A stretch of 64,000 bases of DNA. Source: Lytechinus pictus (lineage: Eukaryota). The position numbers and the translations under genes are program-made. The DNA is taken from positions 7,380,001-7,444,000 of the forward strand of contig NC_087249.1 of NCBI RefSeq assembly GCF_037042905.1, written 5' to 3'. Each line of letters begins with the position of its first letter. Positions within the stretch are counted from its first letter, which is position 1. The notes below the pieces were generated by a model that worked only from the letters and a program-made list of their open reading frames with translations, searched no databases and was not told the DNA's origin. Positions 22,211 to 35,429 of the stretch are shown here, piece by piece.

Positions 22211-25200
22211 AATAATAATAATAATTCAATACTTATATAGCGGCTAACAAAATTTCTCTAAGCGCTTTACATCAAAAAACCTAACTACTTAACTTAATAA
22301 ACTAAACTTACTTATCAACTTAACTACCTTACATAACTAAACATCCAACGTAACTACCTTACATATCTAAAATACTAGCTTAACTACGGGCATATTAACT
22401 GTAAAAATCATACTATTTACGGAAGAGATATGTCTTAAGTGCTACTTTAAAGGAACTTAGAGAAGAATGGGATCTTAAGCTAAGAGGAAGTGAGTTCCAG
22501 AGTGTAGGAGCCACAACTGAAAAGGCTCTGTCGCCATGGGTGTGGGAGGTTGCACTGGGAACAACTAAAAGGTTCTTGTTGGATGACCGAAGTGATCGGG
22601 AGGGTTGGTAGGTGTTGATCGTGCTCGCGATGTATGAGGGGGACTTTCCTTAGATGCTCTTGAATGTTATGACGAGGATTTTGAAGATAATACGCTTCTC
22701 TACTGGTAGCCAGTGCAGTTGCTTGAGTGATTTGGATATATCCTGTTTTCGAAGGACTTTATTGACAATTCTAGCAGCAGTGTTCTGTATTCTTTGTAGC
22801 TGAGAGATGAGATTTTGCGGAAGTCCAAAAAGGAGACTGTTATTGTTGTTGTCAAGTCTGCTGGTAATGAAGGCATGGACCAAGGCCTGCGTCGCTTGGG
22901 TCGTAAGGTATTGTCTGATCTGTCCTATTCTTCGAATAGCAATCATGGCAGAGCGACAGACTGCTGCAACATGTTCTTTCATCATAAGATGGCGATCCAT
23001 TATGCATCCAAGGTTTCTTGCGTGGGAGGATGATTCAACTACCTGGTTTCCAATAGCAACAGACACTGATTCAGGTGAGGGCCGAAAACGTGATGAGAAG
23101 TGAACTATGTCTGTTTTAGATTCATTCATCGCGAGCATGTTTTTTTAGACCAAGCTTTGATATCTGCAAGACATTCACTGATACTGGATAGCGACTGAGC
23201 CCTGTCAATTGGTTGAAAAGTCAAATATATCTGGGTGTCATCGGCGTACATCATCGCGTCCAATCCATGTGCTTTTACAATATCATATATTGGAGCACTG
23301 TAGAGTGTGAACGTAAGTGGGCCAATCACAGATCCCTGGGCTACTCCACACGTATCACTATAAACTCCTGAGGAAGAGCCGTTTATTGACACTACATGGG
23401 ACCTGTCTTGCAAGTATGACTGGAACCAACTTAGGACCGTGTCACAAAAACCATAGCGTTCAGCCAATCTTCTTAAGAGGACTCGATGGTCGATCGTGTC
23501 GAATGCCGCACTGTAGTCTACCTTACCTTACCTTACCTTACCGCAAATACTGGAAGAATGCTGAATTAGCAGTCGAGCTTCCAGGTCTATCTTCTAATTT
23601 TGTCAGCTTCCTTCATTATTATTATTATTATTCAATAAGTTTCAATAAGTTTAAGGAGGCAGTGGGGCAAGTTGGTGAAAATTGACTTCTCATATCCAGT
23701 TAAGAGTAGTGGGAATCATAATGCTTATCTTTCCAGTGTCGGTCTAGCCTGATTTTGAAGGTGTCTACTGTGGGAGCTTCAATTACCTCAGCTGGGAGAG
23801 AGTTCCAATCATTGACTACTCGGTGACTAAAAGCTTGCTTTCTCACATTTGTTCTGCATCTTGGCTTTACAAGTTTGAACCTATGACCTCTTGTAGTACT
23901 GTCAGCTAGCTGAAAAAAGTGGTCTGGGTTAAGCCTGTCGACTTCATGAGTGATCTTATACACTTGAATCATGTCACCTCTCTTTCTTCTGTACTCCAAG
24001 GATGGTAAGTTCAGGTGTTTAAGCCTTTCCTTGTATGGAAGATGTTTGATCCTGGAGATTACTTTCGTTGCTCTCTTCTAAGAGGACAAGTACAACTTAC
24101 TTGTGACCATCAAGCGCCAGAAGAATGTCATTTGGACTCTTATTAGAGCTGTTTCAACCGAATGATGGGCCCTATATGCCGACTGGACATCTGGCAAAAG
24201 ATTATTAGTTGCCAAATAATCATTGACCTGACCAGCAACTGTTCTCTCAACCAGTTTTGCCGCAAAACTCAAGTTCGATATGGGTCGGTAGCTCTTGAGT
24301 TAATTTCGAGGAAGGTTGTCCTTCTTGATCCTTGGTGACACAATTGCCTGCTTCATTGTTTCTGGTACCACGCCTGCTTGAAGACTACTGTTGACGACAT
24401 CAGTGAGGATAGGAAGCAATGTTGGCGTGCATTTCTTTAGCAAAGATGTTGGAATTGGGTCCAGATTGCAGGTAGAATTGGAGGCTGCTTTGATTGTCTT
24501 CAGCACTTCATCTTCTGTGACATCATCGAATTCTGCTAAAGAGGCATCACACGTGTTAGGAACTTGTACAGACATGTCTTGGTTAGGACAACAGTTCAAC
24601 TCATCGCGCAACTTCTTGATTTTCGTTTCAAAGAAGTCACCAAATGACGTTGCGAGTTGTAGGTCAGAGTCATGTTCAGGAAGAACCATCAGCTGTGTTG
24701 GTATAGAAAGGCTGTTAGTCAGACGAAAAAGAGCACGACTGTCAGAAGCACGCACCTTTTCAAGGAAATAACTGGACTTTGCTTGCAGAAGTTGCTCGTT
24801 GTATGACTTACAACTATCCAGGTAGGTCTCCTTGTCAACAGTCAGTTTCGTTTTCTCAGCACGACGCTCCTTCCTTCGTCGTTCCTGCTTCGCCCGGCGG
24901 AGGCTCTTTGTATACCAAGGTGCATGGGGTCTCAATATAACATCCTTTTCCTTTGTTGGTGCATGGTCATCAAGGATTCTCCGAAGCTCTTTATCGTATA
25001 GTTCCATCAGCTGTTCCGGGTTAGAAACCGGTGTACCATCACTGTACAAATTGGAGGAAATGATGTCAAGACAGAACTTGTCCATTTCGATGTCTTTCAG
25101 ATTCCTTGCTGTGATGAGTCTCTTGACTGGGTTAGGCTTAAGCGTATTCAGACGGCATATAATGGCAGAATGGTCTGATGGTAAGCTCTGCATCGATTTA

Positions 25201-26553
25201 ACCGAGGACACCAAAGAATCATCATCTTTTGAAATGACAAGGTCCAAGGTATGACCTGCCATGTGAGTCGAGCATGTGATGTGATTCCTTAACTTGGACA
25301 TTCGGAGGATATCCAAGAAATTTAACACTTCTGCTCTGTTCGACTTCTCAATGTGGATGTTAAAGTCTCCTGCAATGATAAGTCTCTGAGGTGATGAGAG
25401 AAGTATCTCAAGTAAAGACGAGAACTCCTTGAAGAATGTGCCCAGAGGAGTCTTGTTCTTTTTAGAAGCAGGTGGTCGGTACAGCGCAATAAGCCGAAAA
25501 GAACAAAATTTTGACGATGAAACATTCAAATCAAGGTATTCAAAGGACTTAAATTACGCAAGAGGATTCCTAGATACATGATATCCTTTGTGTAGGAGAA
25601 CACCAACTCCACCACCTCTCCCACTGTAACGAGGAATATGATGAAAATCAAGATGGGGCAATGTCTCCTTGAGAATAGCAAGAGAATGACTATCCCTCTC
25701 ATTGCCAGTCATCCATGTCTCTGTCAGAACCATAATGTCTACTCTGTTGGTGATGATAAAATCACAGATGGCGTTACATGTACCACGGGACTTGATAGAG
25801 CGTGAGTTCCATAACGCGAACTTTGTAGACGATTCTTGGTTTCTACGAAGTGTGTCACTTGTAGGAATGCTCGTGAGTTGCCTTTCTCTCGATTCGGATG
25901 TTCGGTTTGTGACATTATTCTTAGATGTTCGTTGGGAAACGCGTATCTCAATGTTCCTGCTCCCGGTCCTCAAACGTAGATTTCTTCCCCCTCTACATCC
26001 TCTACGCTTTAGAATGTTTAATACCTTCAGCAAATTCCATGTTGAATGGTTAATTCGATTCAAATCAGTGCCTTTGATAGAACGTTTAATTTGGTAAAGC
26101 TGCCCATTTGTGTAGTGATGAATTGGTCCGTTCATGATATCGATCTCGAAGTCCAGTACAATGGAGTGGGGAGTCGGACCGACATCAGGTGCACTTGACC
26201 ATGTAAATATCACAATGGGAACAACTCTTAGGATATATCGCAAGATATATTGTCCCAGCAGCATTTTCAGTCCTTGACATAAGACGACACTATCGGGGAA
26301 GATCCGGGGATAAACAAGATCACATGCTCGATGAATAACTACTCAAGATCCGTGGGAAAACTTCTCAGTAAATCTAATCAAATTGTCACACTTATGCACA
26401 ATTAAAAACGATCCAAGTTGTTCAGACTGTCACATAACTTCACTTTCAACCAACAGAGGAAGGTCAATACGACCAAAAATTTGAAAAACCTTACTTTAAA
26501 GACTTATTCTGAGAGCGACCTGAAAAGATCGTGCAGCTTGAGTTAGCGCGGAA
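22211..26553 (-). mobile_element. Near full-length single-ORF L2-clade LINE (disrupted)
   Basis: ORF 26264 to 22413: RRGCRGG, LWNSRS, LTETW, RGGGVG, YRPP, GDFN, LDL, SDH, YRPISNL, DYSAAFD, GVAQGS, YADD, LHWLPV, AFSVVAPTLWNSLP. Three nonsense codons, two frameshifts and the CR1 insert. L2 tail GTAAAGCGCT..GCTATATAAGT..(TAT)n. Confidence 0.92.
23521..24076 (-). mobile_element. 5'-truncated CR1-clade LINE inserted in the L2 RT
   Basis: RATK..LPYKERLKHLNLPSLEYRRKRGDMIQVYK..TRGH..FSHRVVNDWNSLP..FKIRLD; (GGTAA)n tail; TCTA duplicated at 23517-23520/24077-24080. Confidence 0.9.
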
Positions 26554-28768
26554 CAACTTCAAAATCAGTTATGTTGATAGGCAGTACAATTTTGTTTGGG
26601 GTCTAGTGTCTCAGATTGAAAAAACAAAGTAAAAAAAATGTCGTTTTTTTTTCTTTTAAATCCTATGGTTAGACAGTGAATTTAATTTCACTACAGTTTC
26701 AAGGAAATAAACAGTGTATTTGTTTTTGTGTAATAATAGAGAACTCTATTTTACTGTTTCAAGAAATAATTAAGATTTACCCCCCCCCCCCCCAACGAAG
26801 GGTATGGGGTGCGCCCCATTTATTTTATATCCTTTTGAATATAACTTCAATTTGCTAGTATTCTTTATTCCGGTTTTTTTAGGTAAAAAGGAGTAGAAGA
26901 TACAAAAAATTTTAACAGTGGTTGTAATAAAAAAAAAACATGAAAACTGACAAGAGCCCTCAAAATGACTAATTTTCAGGTCAGCATCTAAAAATTTCAA
27001 CTTACGCTTTGTGCTCTCTTGCCCCCCCCCCCCCCCCGAAAAATTCCGTGTAGGAAAAAAAAATTTCCCTTGTTTAAATCGAAAATACCCTTTTTTCCAA
27101 ATGAAATATGCCTTTTTCAAAAAGAAATACCTTTTTTTAAATAAAATTTAGAGTAAAACATAATACATTTTAGGTTAGAAAATCACAAAATTTTGGATCG
27201 CGCTCGGATCAATTATTGTTTAGCACGGTACTAATCCTGTTCATGGTTACAAAAATGCTTAGCATTTCCAGTTTTCAGATTGGAATATCACAAATTTTGG
27301 CTCGTGTTCTACACTCGCATCAATATTGTTAAGTAAGGTACTCATTCTGTTTCCGTTTACAAAAAAATGCTTAGATTGTCCAGTTTTCAGGATGTAATAT
27401 CACAAAATCTTTGAGCTCGTGCTTTGCGCTCGCATTATTTTGATTGGTGAGTTATGTATCCTATTTATGAGTCACTAAATGCAGTCCTTAACAGCTTCCT
27501 TTTCTGGCCAGTATATTAAAAATTTCAGCTCGCGCTTCGCGCTTGCGTTAATTATTTAGTTACATACACATCTATTTCATGATTACAAAAACAGCTCGGA
27601 ATATTTAATTTTCATGTATTATTACACGAAATGTCCAGAAGTTCGAGTTCGTGATTCGCGCTGGCAACATCTCGCAATGATGCCCTTTTAACAGTGATTA
27701 GCGCCATACTTGACCAAAGATCAAGTTTTTTTTTCAAACCTGCTTTCTCACGGAAAAGTAAAGCCTAAATCAAAATATCTATCAATTAGAAATCACTTAA
27801 GAAAAGCCTTTGCTCAACTTAATTTTTACAAAACACACAACTACTTCACGCAGTTGATAATCTCATTTTGAAAATATCTGTTTGCACCTTTGCCCTTTAT
27901 GGCTTTGACTCCACCCCAAACAAAAATATGTTCTGCCGCCCCTGTCACGGGGAGTGGAGAAAGACATACGTTGAGAATGGGCATGCAAGGATCAGATGAC
28001 CTTGGTAATTATAATTATTACAATGTAAATCGCCTAGAAAAATAATGTATTAAATGTACAAAGGTAACTTTATTATTATTTCAATATTATGTCTAAATCT
28101 ATCATGAAACTATTTTTGTTTTACATGTACAAGGGTCAAAATTTTGCTCGCTCAGTTCGCTCGCTCACATCTTTTATACAGTTTGCCCTGTGTGCCATAT
28201 GTCTGCCGCCTAAGCATTGTTGGCTCATTGTTCCATATTTATATCATTTGAAATGCCTTGGCCTTGGCCTTGAGGTTTTCAGGCCTTGGCCTTGGGTTTC
28301 CATGACTTGGTCTTGGGCTTTAGTATTGAAGCCTTGGGTATTAAAGCCTTGGCCTTGGAGGTTTGAGCCTTGACTACAACACTGGTATGGATAGAGATTT
28401 AAAGATGAAGCAATCGCAACCATCATGACCATGGCTTGAATGTATTGTATACAGACCTCCGAACAGTATGGATTTCTTTGAAAAGCTGGAAAATAATATT
28501 GAAAGAGCTCATGATATTACATCCAAAATTATTGTTCTAGGTGACTTGAATTGTAATGTTCTGGTAAGAAATGTATTTTATTACTTTTTATTAAAACATC
28601 TTTCAACAGGATAAAATATTAATCAGCTCGCAGGCTGTTTCACATAGTGGTTCTGCATGAAGAGAAAAATACACGCATTTTAAAATTGAAGGTTACAAAA
28701 AAAATAATGTACATAACATACTTGATTCTAATGAATTCCTGTAGGAAATTAGTCAAATGAGAATATTT

Positions 28769-29455
28769 GAAGAGTTTTGTTCCAAAAGGAGCTATTTCCA
28801 CTTTTGGTATTTTTCTGTAAATCAAGGTTTTTTTCATTCACCACTTTCCCTTAGCCACTGCTGTTTTATTTGTATATATGTTATGATCGTACTATCATTA
28901 TTATATTAATCAAATCATGATTTAAAAAAATTAGCATTCGTTATCAATTTTAAAAGAATTTTTGAAATTTCATTTTCATGCATTTAGCTCCTTTTGGAAC
29001 AAAACAGTATTAAAATGTCAATTTCGCCAATTGAAACATGCTTGATATTGGAAATCGAACACAAAACACATAAATATGGCTAGCAGAGTACATTTCACAT
29101 CTTTTCTGATGTTTATCCATTGAAAATTACAAAAAGAAAAAAAAGAAGTAGATATCTTGTCATCTTTCCTAACGACGGTTAGGAGCTTAGCATTGATGGT
29201 GTGAGCCTGTATCCACAACATGTACTTAAAATATTGAATGCACAACTTTATGTAAAATAGGGGGGGGGGGTTAAATAACCGTATAGTGGATTTTGGAACA
29301 AAACTCAAAATTGCAATCAATTTTCACCAACCTTTCCATTTTTTTTCAAATGCGATATGTTGCATTTTATTCCCTCGTCTAAGATACCTATCTTTGTATC
29401 AAAAAGTCAATTTTGGTCAAAAGTGGATTTAGCCCCTTTTGGAATCAAGTTCTTC
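28769..29455. mobile_element. Non-autonomous TIR element with 4-bp TSD (Sola-like)
   Basis: ATTT|GAAGAGTTTTGTTCCAAAAGGAGCTA...CCCCTTTTGGAATCAAGTTCTTC|ATTT; internal TTTTGGAACAAAA repeats. Confidence 0.65.
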
Positions 29456-31046
29456 ATTTGTGCATAAAATTACTGATAATAAAAATTACAGTAAAGTGGA
29501 AATTTGGTGTACGTCAGTCATTGGGTGCGTTTATCCGCCACTTTTTTACCCTAGAATCATGATCTGAATCATGATTCAAATCATGATTCTGCAGAATTAG
29601 TCTTACCTTGTTTATGACTCATCCAAAGCAAAGTTGAAAAAGTTGATATATTTGCTGCAAAGATGGACAAAGATGAGGCTGGAAATGTTAAAAAACAAAC
29701 CACTAGTTCCTGAATGATAACCCGCAACAAGCTAGACGAATGTTGCAGTCAACGTTATTTTACTTATCGGTCATTCAGAATGATGTTGATTAAAAAAAAA
29801 AATCTAAGTCTCCTATGTCAAACGCTGTGAGGATAAGTGGTTGATACTGATTAATATCGGGTATCAATAACGCTACACGGTCGAAAGATTACGTAATATT
29901 CATGTCACGCTGGAAAATCTACTTAACCGCAAAAGGGGGTTATTAAAAAGGAGAGTATACTGTTCTTGAGCTTCACCATAATCACATCGATCTGACTTTT
30001 TCATAATACCACGCTAGGCTTATACTTTCTCTTTTCGGGGGGGGGGGGGGGCTAGTTGTGAGGGGAGACGGTTGGCGGGGTCCTGCACTTTCAGCGTTGA
30101 TTCGTCAAATTATGCAAAGGACAGTGACCCTGTGCGCAGGCTCTTAGCCTAATTCCTCAAGGTGTTTTGTATATATATATATTTTTTTACAAACTTCTAA
30201 ATTTAAGGCAATGAAAAAAATATATAAAAGAAAATGAGCAACTGGAAATATATTTTGAAAAAAAATTAATGCATGTTTGTTTTGTTAAAGGTGAGGCGTG
30301 TGTGTGAACATAAGACTGGAATGGGTAAACTAAGAAACAAGCACAATGTTATAAGGTGACATGCAAAGTAGGCAGTAATGGAAGCCGAGTCAGAACTATA
30401 CAGCCAAAAGCCTAGATTTTATTTCATCGAGAAAAAATGCCACCGTTTTTTTTAGTCATTTTGTGTCCCCAGTCAAAATATCATGGGCCACATCCTTGTC
30501 CTTCCATTAGTGAGTTTTCGCTCAGTGACGCAGTATGAATCCTAACACGCAGCAAATACAGTGAAAATGCAAGTCAAATCACAATAAAGTCTTTGTCGAA
30601 GGTCGGTGAAACGGAATTAGAATTTGTATTATATGTCGTTTCTTGAGAGTCACCGACACAAATGCTCTTTTTGGTTCACCGACCCGCGACAAACATGACA
30701 AAGATGTTGTCACGAAGGGCATTCGGCAATAGATTCTCTATACGTTCCAGAAAACCCACGACGGATTCTAGACCACAGTAAATGTATTCACAATGCACGT
30801 CAAAGGGCAGCTGGGAGGTCTTTGTCGAAAATTGGAGAACCGGGACTGCAGTTTCGTCCTATATAATTAGTATGTTTCGGAGCTGACTAAAAATTGCAAA
30901 TATGGCATTTGTCCAGATTCCAGGACTAAAGTGCTGTTCTGATTTACCCATTCCTGGTTGTTCATTGTCATGAAGGGCATTTTGCAATACATTTTCCATG
31001 TTCTTGAACCTGTCGTGCGTCGTAAAGCGAAAAAAAAATCCTCAGC

Positions 31047-31501
31047 TATAGACCAGTTCGTAGTTACTTAATGGACAATTTTGGTCAAATGACCTTTCAT
31101 TTCTTTCATTATGATAGGCAGATTTCAAAGCAAGATATTACGTATGCATGGCTTACATAGCAGGATGAAGAAATTGAAAAGACCAGGTGACTAGAATAGC
31201 ACATCAATGAACACTCTATGAAGGTATTTGTTGTATTTTTACTTTGAATGCATATTAGAGCATGTTGTACAGTGTACTTGGCAAACTGTGAAATATACCA
31301 GTCATTCGTGGACGCATTGTTTTTTGTGGATGTAAATGAAAAATACAATTCAAAAGAATATATGAATAATCAAGACATCAAAGTTGGTGCTTATCTCATT
31401 GAATTTTAAACCACCATGTCACTTTAGTACCAATGACCTTCTTCTGATCATGCGCAGAATCTTCTGATCATGCACAGAGTGGAACTACGAACTGGCTTAT
31501 A
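31047..31501. mobile_element. MITE
   Basis: CTATAGACCAGTTCGTAGTT...AACTACGAACTGGCTTATAG inverted termini. Confidence 0.55.
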
Positions 31502-32615
31502 GAGAAGAATACCCTATTAATGTAATACATTCTTCGAGATAGTAACCTTCATAATACCTTGACAAAAACAGTAATCTCTCAATGCCTTTTAGAGACTCTC
31601 CTTTCAACTATACATTCGCGATGAAAACGATTACAATAAACAGCTTACATGTAAAATTGTCCCCTTCACAAATGTGGAGTACTTCAACGATTTATTTAAA
31701 GAAGCTTTAAAAAATTAACCATAAATAAAAGAACATCGCGCGCCCACAGGTTTTTGGGGGACGTGAATCTGGAACCATCATTGTAATGATGATTGCTATT
31801 TTAATCGTGACCTAGATTAGCATTTGTGATTCTAATCATGTTCTAGTTTGGTTTCACACGTGCTAAAAAAAATCGTCATTAGCCTTATTTTTCACTGGAA
31901 TCATCATTCAAATTACGATTTTTTTTACCGTGTGATAGGGCGGTTACACTAAACCTCTGAAATAAAAGTTCTACAACTTTTGATAGAGGGTTTGATCAGT
32001 TATATTGCCCCATCATCGAATATGCTTCATTACAAAACGTATTCTTTTTACAATTACATGTCATTTCTTGTGCTAAACTAGAAATGTGTAATCAAGAAAA
32101 TGTGTAATTAATAGATAAGTAGCAATATATCAAATGGAATGTTAGTCTGTTAGTTGCGGCAAAATATGTTTGAGCTGCGAATTCCAATTCATTATCATTC
32201 TGTTCTGGGAAGTCCATAGGTGCATTCCCATCGAACATTATAAATGGGTTTGGAAAAAGTTAAATGTTCAACGAGTTTAAGAGGTTGGTATCATTGTTGG
32301 TCGAACATTCTAAGACTCAAGAGACATTTCACTCTGTAAATAAAGCACCGTTATCATTTAAACCTAGGCAAAATTCAAAATACATTGTGAAATGGAGGCC
32401 GTTTAAAAAATACTTTTTGCAACATTCCACAACTGCCAATAATTGATTGATATCACAAATGGGAATAGTACCAGGGGCCCGTTGCAGAAAGAGTTGCGAT
32501 CAAACGCAACTCATAATATCTCGCGCAACTTGATTTTCAGCCAATGAAGCACCTGTATTCGGGACTTGCGCTTGATATTTTGACTTGAGTTGCAAGGATG
32601 TTTAAAGGTTTCATT

Positions 32616-32620
32616 CTACT

Positions 32621-32662
<42 letters not shown>

Positions 32663-32740
32663 CACTACTACCACTACTACTAGTACTACTACTACTATTA
32701 CTACTACTACTACTACTACCACTACTACCACTACTACTAG

Positions 32741-32805
<65 letters not shown>

Positions 32806-32806
32806 T

Positions 32807-32847
<41 letters not shown>

Positions 32848-32851
32848 GTAG

Positions 32852-32901
<50 letters not shown>

Positions 32902-32902
32902 G

Positions 32903-32933
<31 letters not shown>

Positions 32934-33220
32934 GCTACTACTACTACTACTATACTACTACTACTATTACTACTACTACTACTACTACTGATGATGATGA
33001 TGACGATGATGATGATGATGATAACGATGCTGACGATGATGATAACGATGCTGACGATGAAAAGTAGTAACTAGCAGTGATTAAACGGTAACAATAATGA
33101 TGATGATAACAATAATAATAATATTAATAATAATACTACTACTACTAATAATAATAATAACAACAGTAATAATAAGAAGAAGAAGAAAGAAGAAGAACAA
33201 GAAAGAAGAAGAATGATGGT
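32616..33220. repeat. Compound trinucleotide microsatellite: (ACT)n of about 370 bp, then (GAT)n, (AAT)n, (GAA)n
   Basis: Directly visible; it produces the poly-L/T/V ORFs in the track. Confidence 0.97.
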
Positions 33221-34126
33221 GATATAAAGAATAAAAACGAAAATAATCATCAAAAACAGTGAAAATGTGGGAATTAACATGATTATTACATTATTTAAAA
33301 TATCACTATCATTAGTATTGTTATTGTTACAAAATGATATAAGAACTAATGTATGTAAAAATTGTTTATATATTTTTTAGGTCACAATCAAATTAGAGAT
33401 CTAGCTTCTAACACAAATTATACATAATTATTATTCACATACGGTAATCTTAGTTATACATAATTACTCATTTTATACTACAAAACCCCGGAATATAAAC
33501 ACACGTGAAACGTTATTAAAGTATCACTCCAGTAATTAGTCTGTGAAAAGTTTATACATCTTTGAATTAATTCATTTATTATTTATTTATTATTCATATT
33601 GTTTAAGTTCATTTCATACTGCAGGGTGGGCCTGTTAAGTTTTGAAAAAAAAATGCTATACAAAAGCGCCCTGTAGTTAAACAGACATCATTGAACATGA
33701 AAATGCAGAGCAAGGTATATAAACTTACATTCTAAAAAATGAAAAGTTAAATCAAAATTGAAAGGTTTGAGGAGAAATAACCTATTCCAAATGTTTGAAC
33801 ATTGCATAAGGCTTAATCCAACAATTTTTGTGTTGCATGCTGGGCGAACCATTTAAAGTGGCAAATGCATCATTTAGAAACCGGTTGTCACTCCTCCAGC
33901 CTTTCAAATATTGATTTAACATTTAATATTTTTTAAGAGTGTAAGTCCTAGCAAAGAAGAAGTATATAGAAGAAGAAGAATTACCTTTAGAATACTGTTA
34001 ACTCCGTGTCCGACAATGCAAAGACTCTGTATATAGGGCAAGTCCTAAACTGAAAAGTCGGATCGATTTGTAATTCAAAGGGAACTTCGTGACCGGGTTA
34101 TTGGACCATTACCATTGGACCATAGT

Positions 34127-34315
34127 GGAGGTGCCGTGGCCGAGTGGTCTAAGGCGGCTGGCTATACATGGAAAGTCCGGGGATCGATCCCCGGCCGCGG
34201 CACCTATGCCCGTGAGCAAGGCATTTAATCTACAATGCTCTTTTATCCTGCTTTCAAATAAATGGAAATACTATATGCATTATTGGTAAATAGGTGTGCA
34301 TTTGTTTAAAAAAAT
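34127..34315 (+). mobile_element. tRNA-derived SINE (second copy on the minus strand at about 36930-37065)
   Basis: TGGCCGAGTGG A box, GGATCGATCCCC B-box variant, CCCGTGAGCAAGGCATTTAATCTAC core. Confidence 0.78.
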
Positions 34316-34377
34316 TACCGGCTTTACTTGATGGTCTTTTCAAAGCTTTGTATTTCCTAAAGATTTATATATGAGAA

Positions 34378-34766
34378 GGGCCTTTTCATACGTGAATCTC
34401 GAATCATCATTTCACCCTTTCACACGGTAAAAAAAAATCGTAGTTTGAATGAGGATTCCAGTGAAAAATAAAGCTAATGACGAATATTTAGCACGTGTAA
34501 AACCAAACTAGAACATGATTAGAATCACGAACGCTAATCACAGTCACGATTACAATAGCAATCATCATTACAATGATGATTCAAGATTCACGTGTGAAAG
34601 GCCCATTGTAGTGATGATTGCTATTGTAATCGTGACTGTGATTAGAGTTCGTGATTCTAATCATGTTCTAGTTTGGAATTCACACGTGCTAAATATTGGT
34701 CATTAGTCTCATTTTTCACTGGAATCATCATTCAAATTACGATTTTATTACCGTATGAAAGGGCGG
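34378..34766. mobile_element. Harbinger-like 193-bp MITE containing an inverted copy of itself (34412-34604)
   Basis: GGGCCTTTTCATACG...CGTATGAAAGGGCGG termini; the insert is flanked by ATT/ATT; a single copy lies at about 31760-31943. Confidence 0.8.
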
Positions 34767-35429
34767 AGAGGCTAAAGGCCCAGTCTCACTCATCAAGCAG
34801 AATAAAAATGACCACTGTTTGCCCACCAGCTCTTCAATTTCTTCCCCGTTATTCAGCTCTTCCAATTTAATACGTCTAATATGTTTCGATTGCTGCTGGA
34901 AAGTTGTAATATATACAAAGAATGTATTCAAAATGTAGTTAAAATACATACAACGAACACCTTTCGACAATTACACTTCGAATGCACCTCGAAAATTATG
35001 ATGACCATACATTTTGGGATGGCCACAAGAATTATCGAATGTACTCATAATGCAGTAAGAATCTCTAGAATGCCCCCTCAAATATGCAAGAACGAAGCGG
35101 AAATTTTAAAGAAACCATTGCATCTCATTTCGCCTCCATTTTGGTGAATTTGACCCCCCCTAACTTTTCCATTTTTTTTTCATTCCAGCTGAACGATTCT
35201 GCGAGATTCCTGCTGATTAAAAACAGGCATCTATTTGTCTTTCTTTCAGCATATTGCGTAGGCCTATACATCACTCCTCATTACCCTTTCAATCACACCC
35301 TTACACACACACACACACTTTCGTCTTTTTTTTTATGCCAATGTCCAAGTACATTTTTTTGCCCCCTCTAACTTCTCATTATACTCACAAAAACGCTCGC
35401 CCCTTTTTTCTCAATGCTCGTCTGTGAAC

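Larger units (their letters stand above)
21124..28384. mobile_element. Non-autonomous hAT-type element (7.3 kb including cargo)
   Basis: Perfect 8-bp TSD GTATGGAT (21116-21123/28385-28392); TIR TAGTGGTGTAGT/ACTACAACACTG; arrays of subterminal GGCCTTG repeats at both ends. Confidence 0.88.
19724..28565 (+). mobile_element. Old CR1/L2-group LINE (ORF1 remnant plus PHD-endonuclease ORF2 start), split by a hAT insertion
   Basis: 19724-20050 reads DTNERIVKLA..IDRSHRL..LIVKF..IYINEHLT (ORF1). 20559-21123 reads PHD C-C..C-C..H-C..C-C, HLNVRSL, SET, GGGIGCYI, LEVVW. It resumes at 28393-28565 with VYRPPN..IIVLGDLNC. Confidence 0.85.

Noticed and set aside
29607..29709. Possible distal non-coding exon of gene A (minus strand, AAG|GTAAGA donor); a similar candidate lies at 34049-33985
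   Set aside because: Splice-like signals alone are common by chance, and a nearer TATA-linked leader exon explains the 19267 acceptor; needs RNA data.
32537..33280. Poly-Leu/Thr/Val ORFs resembling mucin or membrane proteins
   Set aside because: Translations of (ACT)n/(GAT)n microsatellites with no splice or domain support.
34127..34205. tRNA gene candidates (also about 1113, 14490-14563, 16575-16648, 45820, 59385-59457)
   Set aside because: A and B boxes are present, but the cloverleafs are imperfect and each continues into a SINE core and tail.
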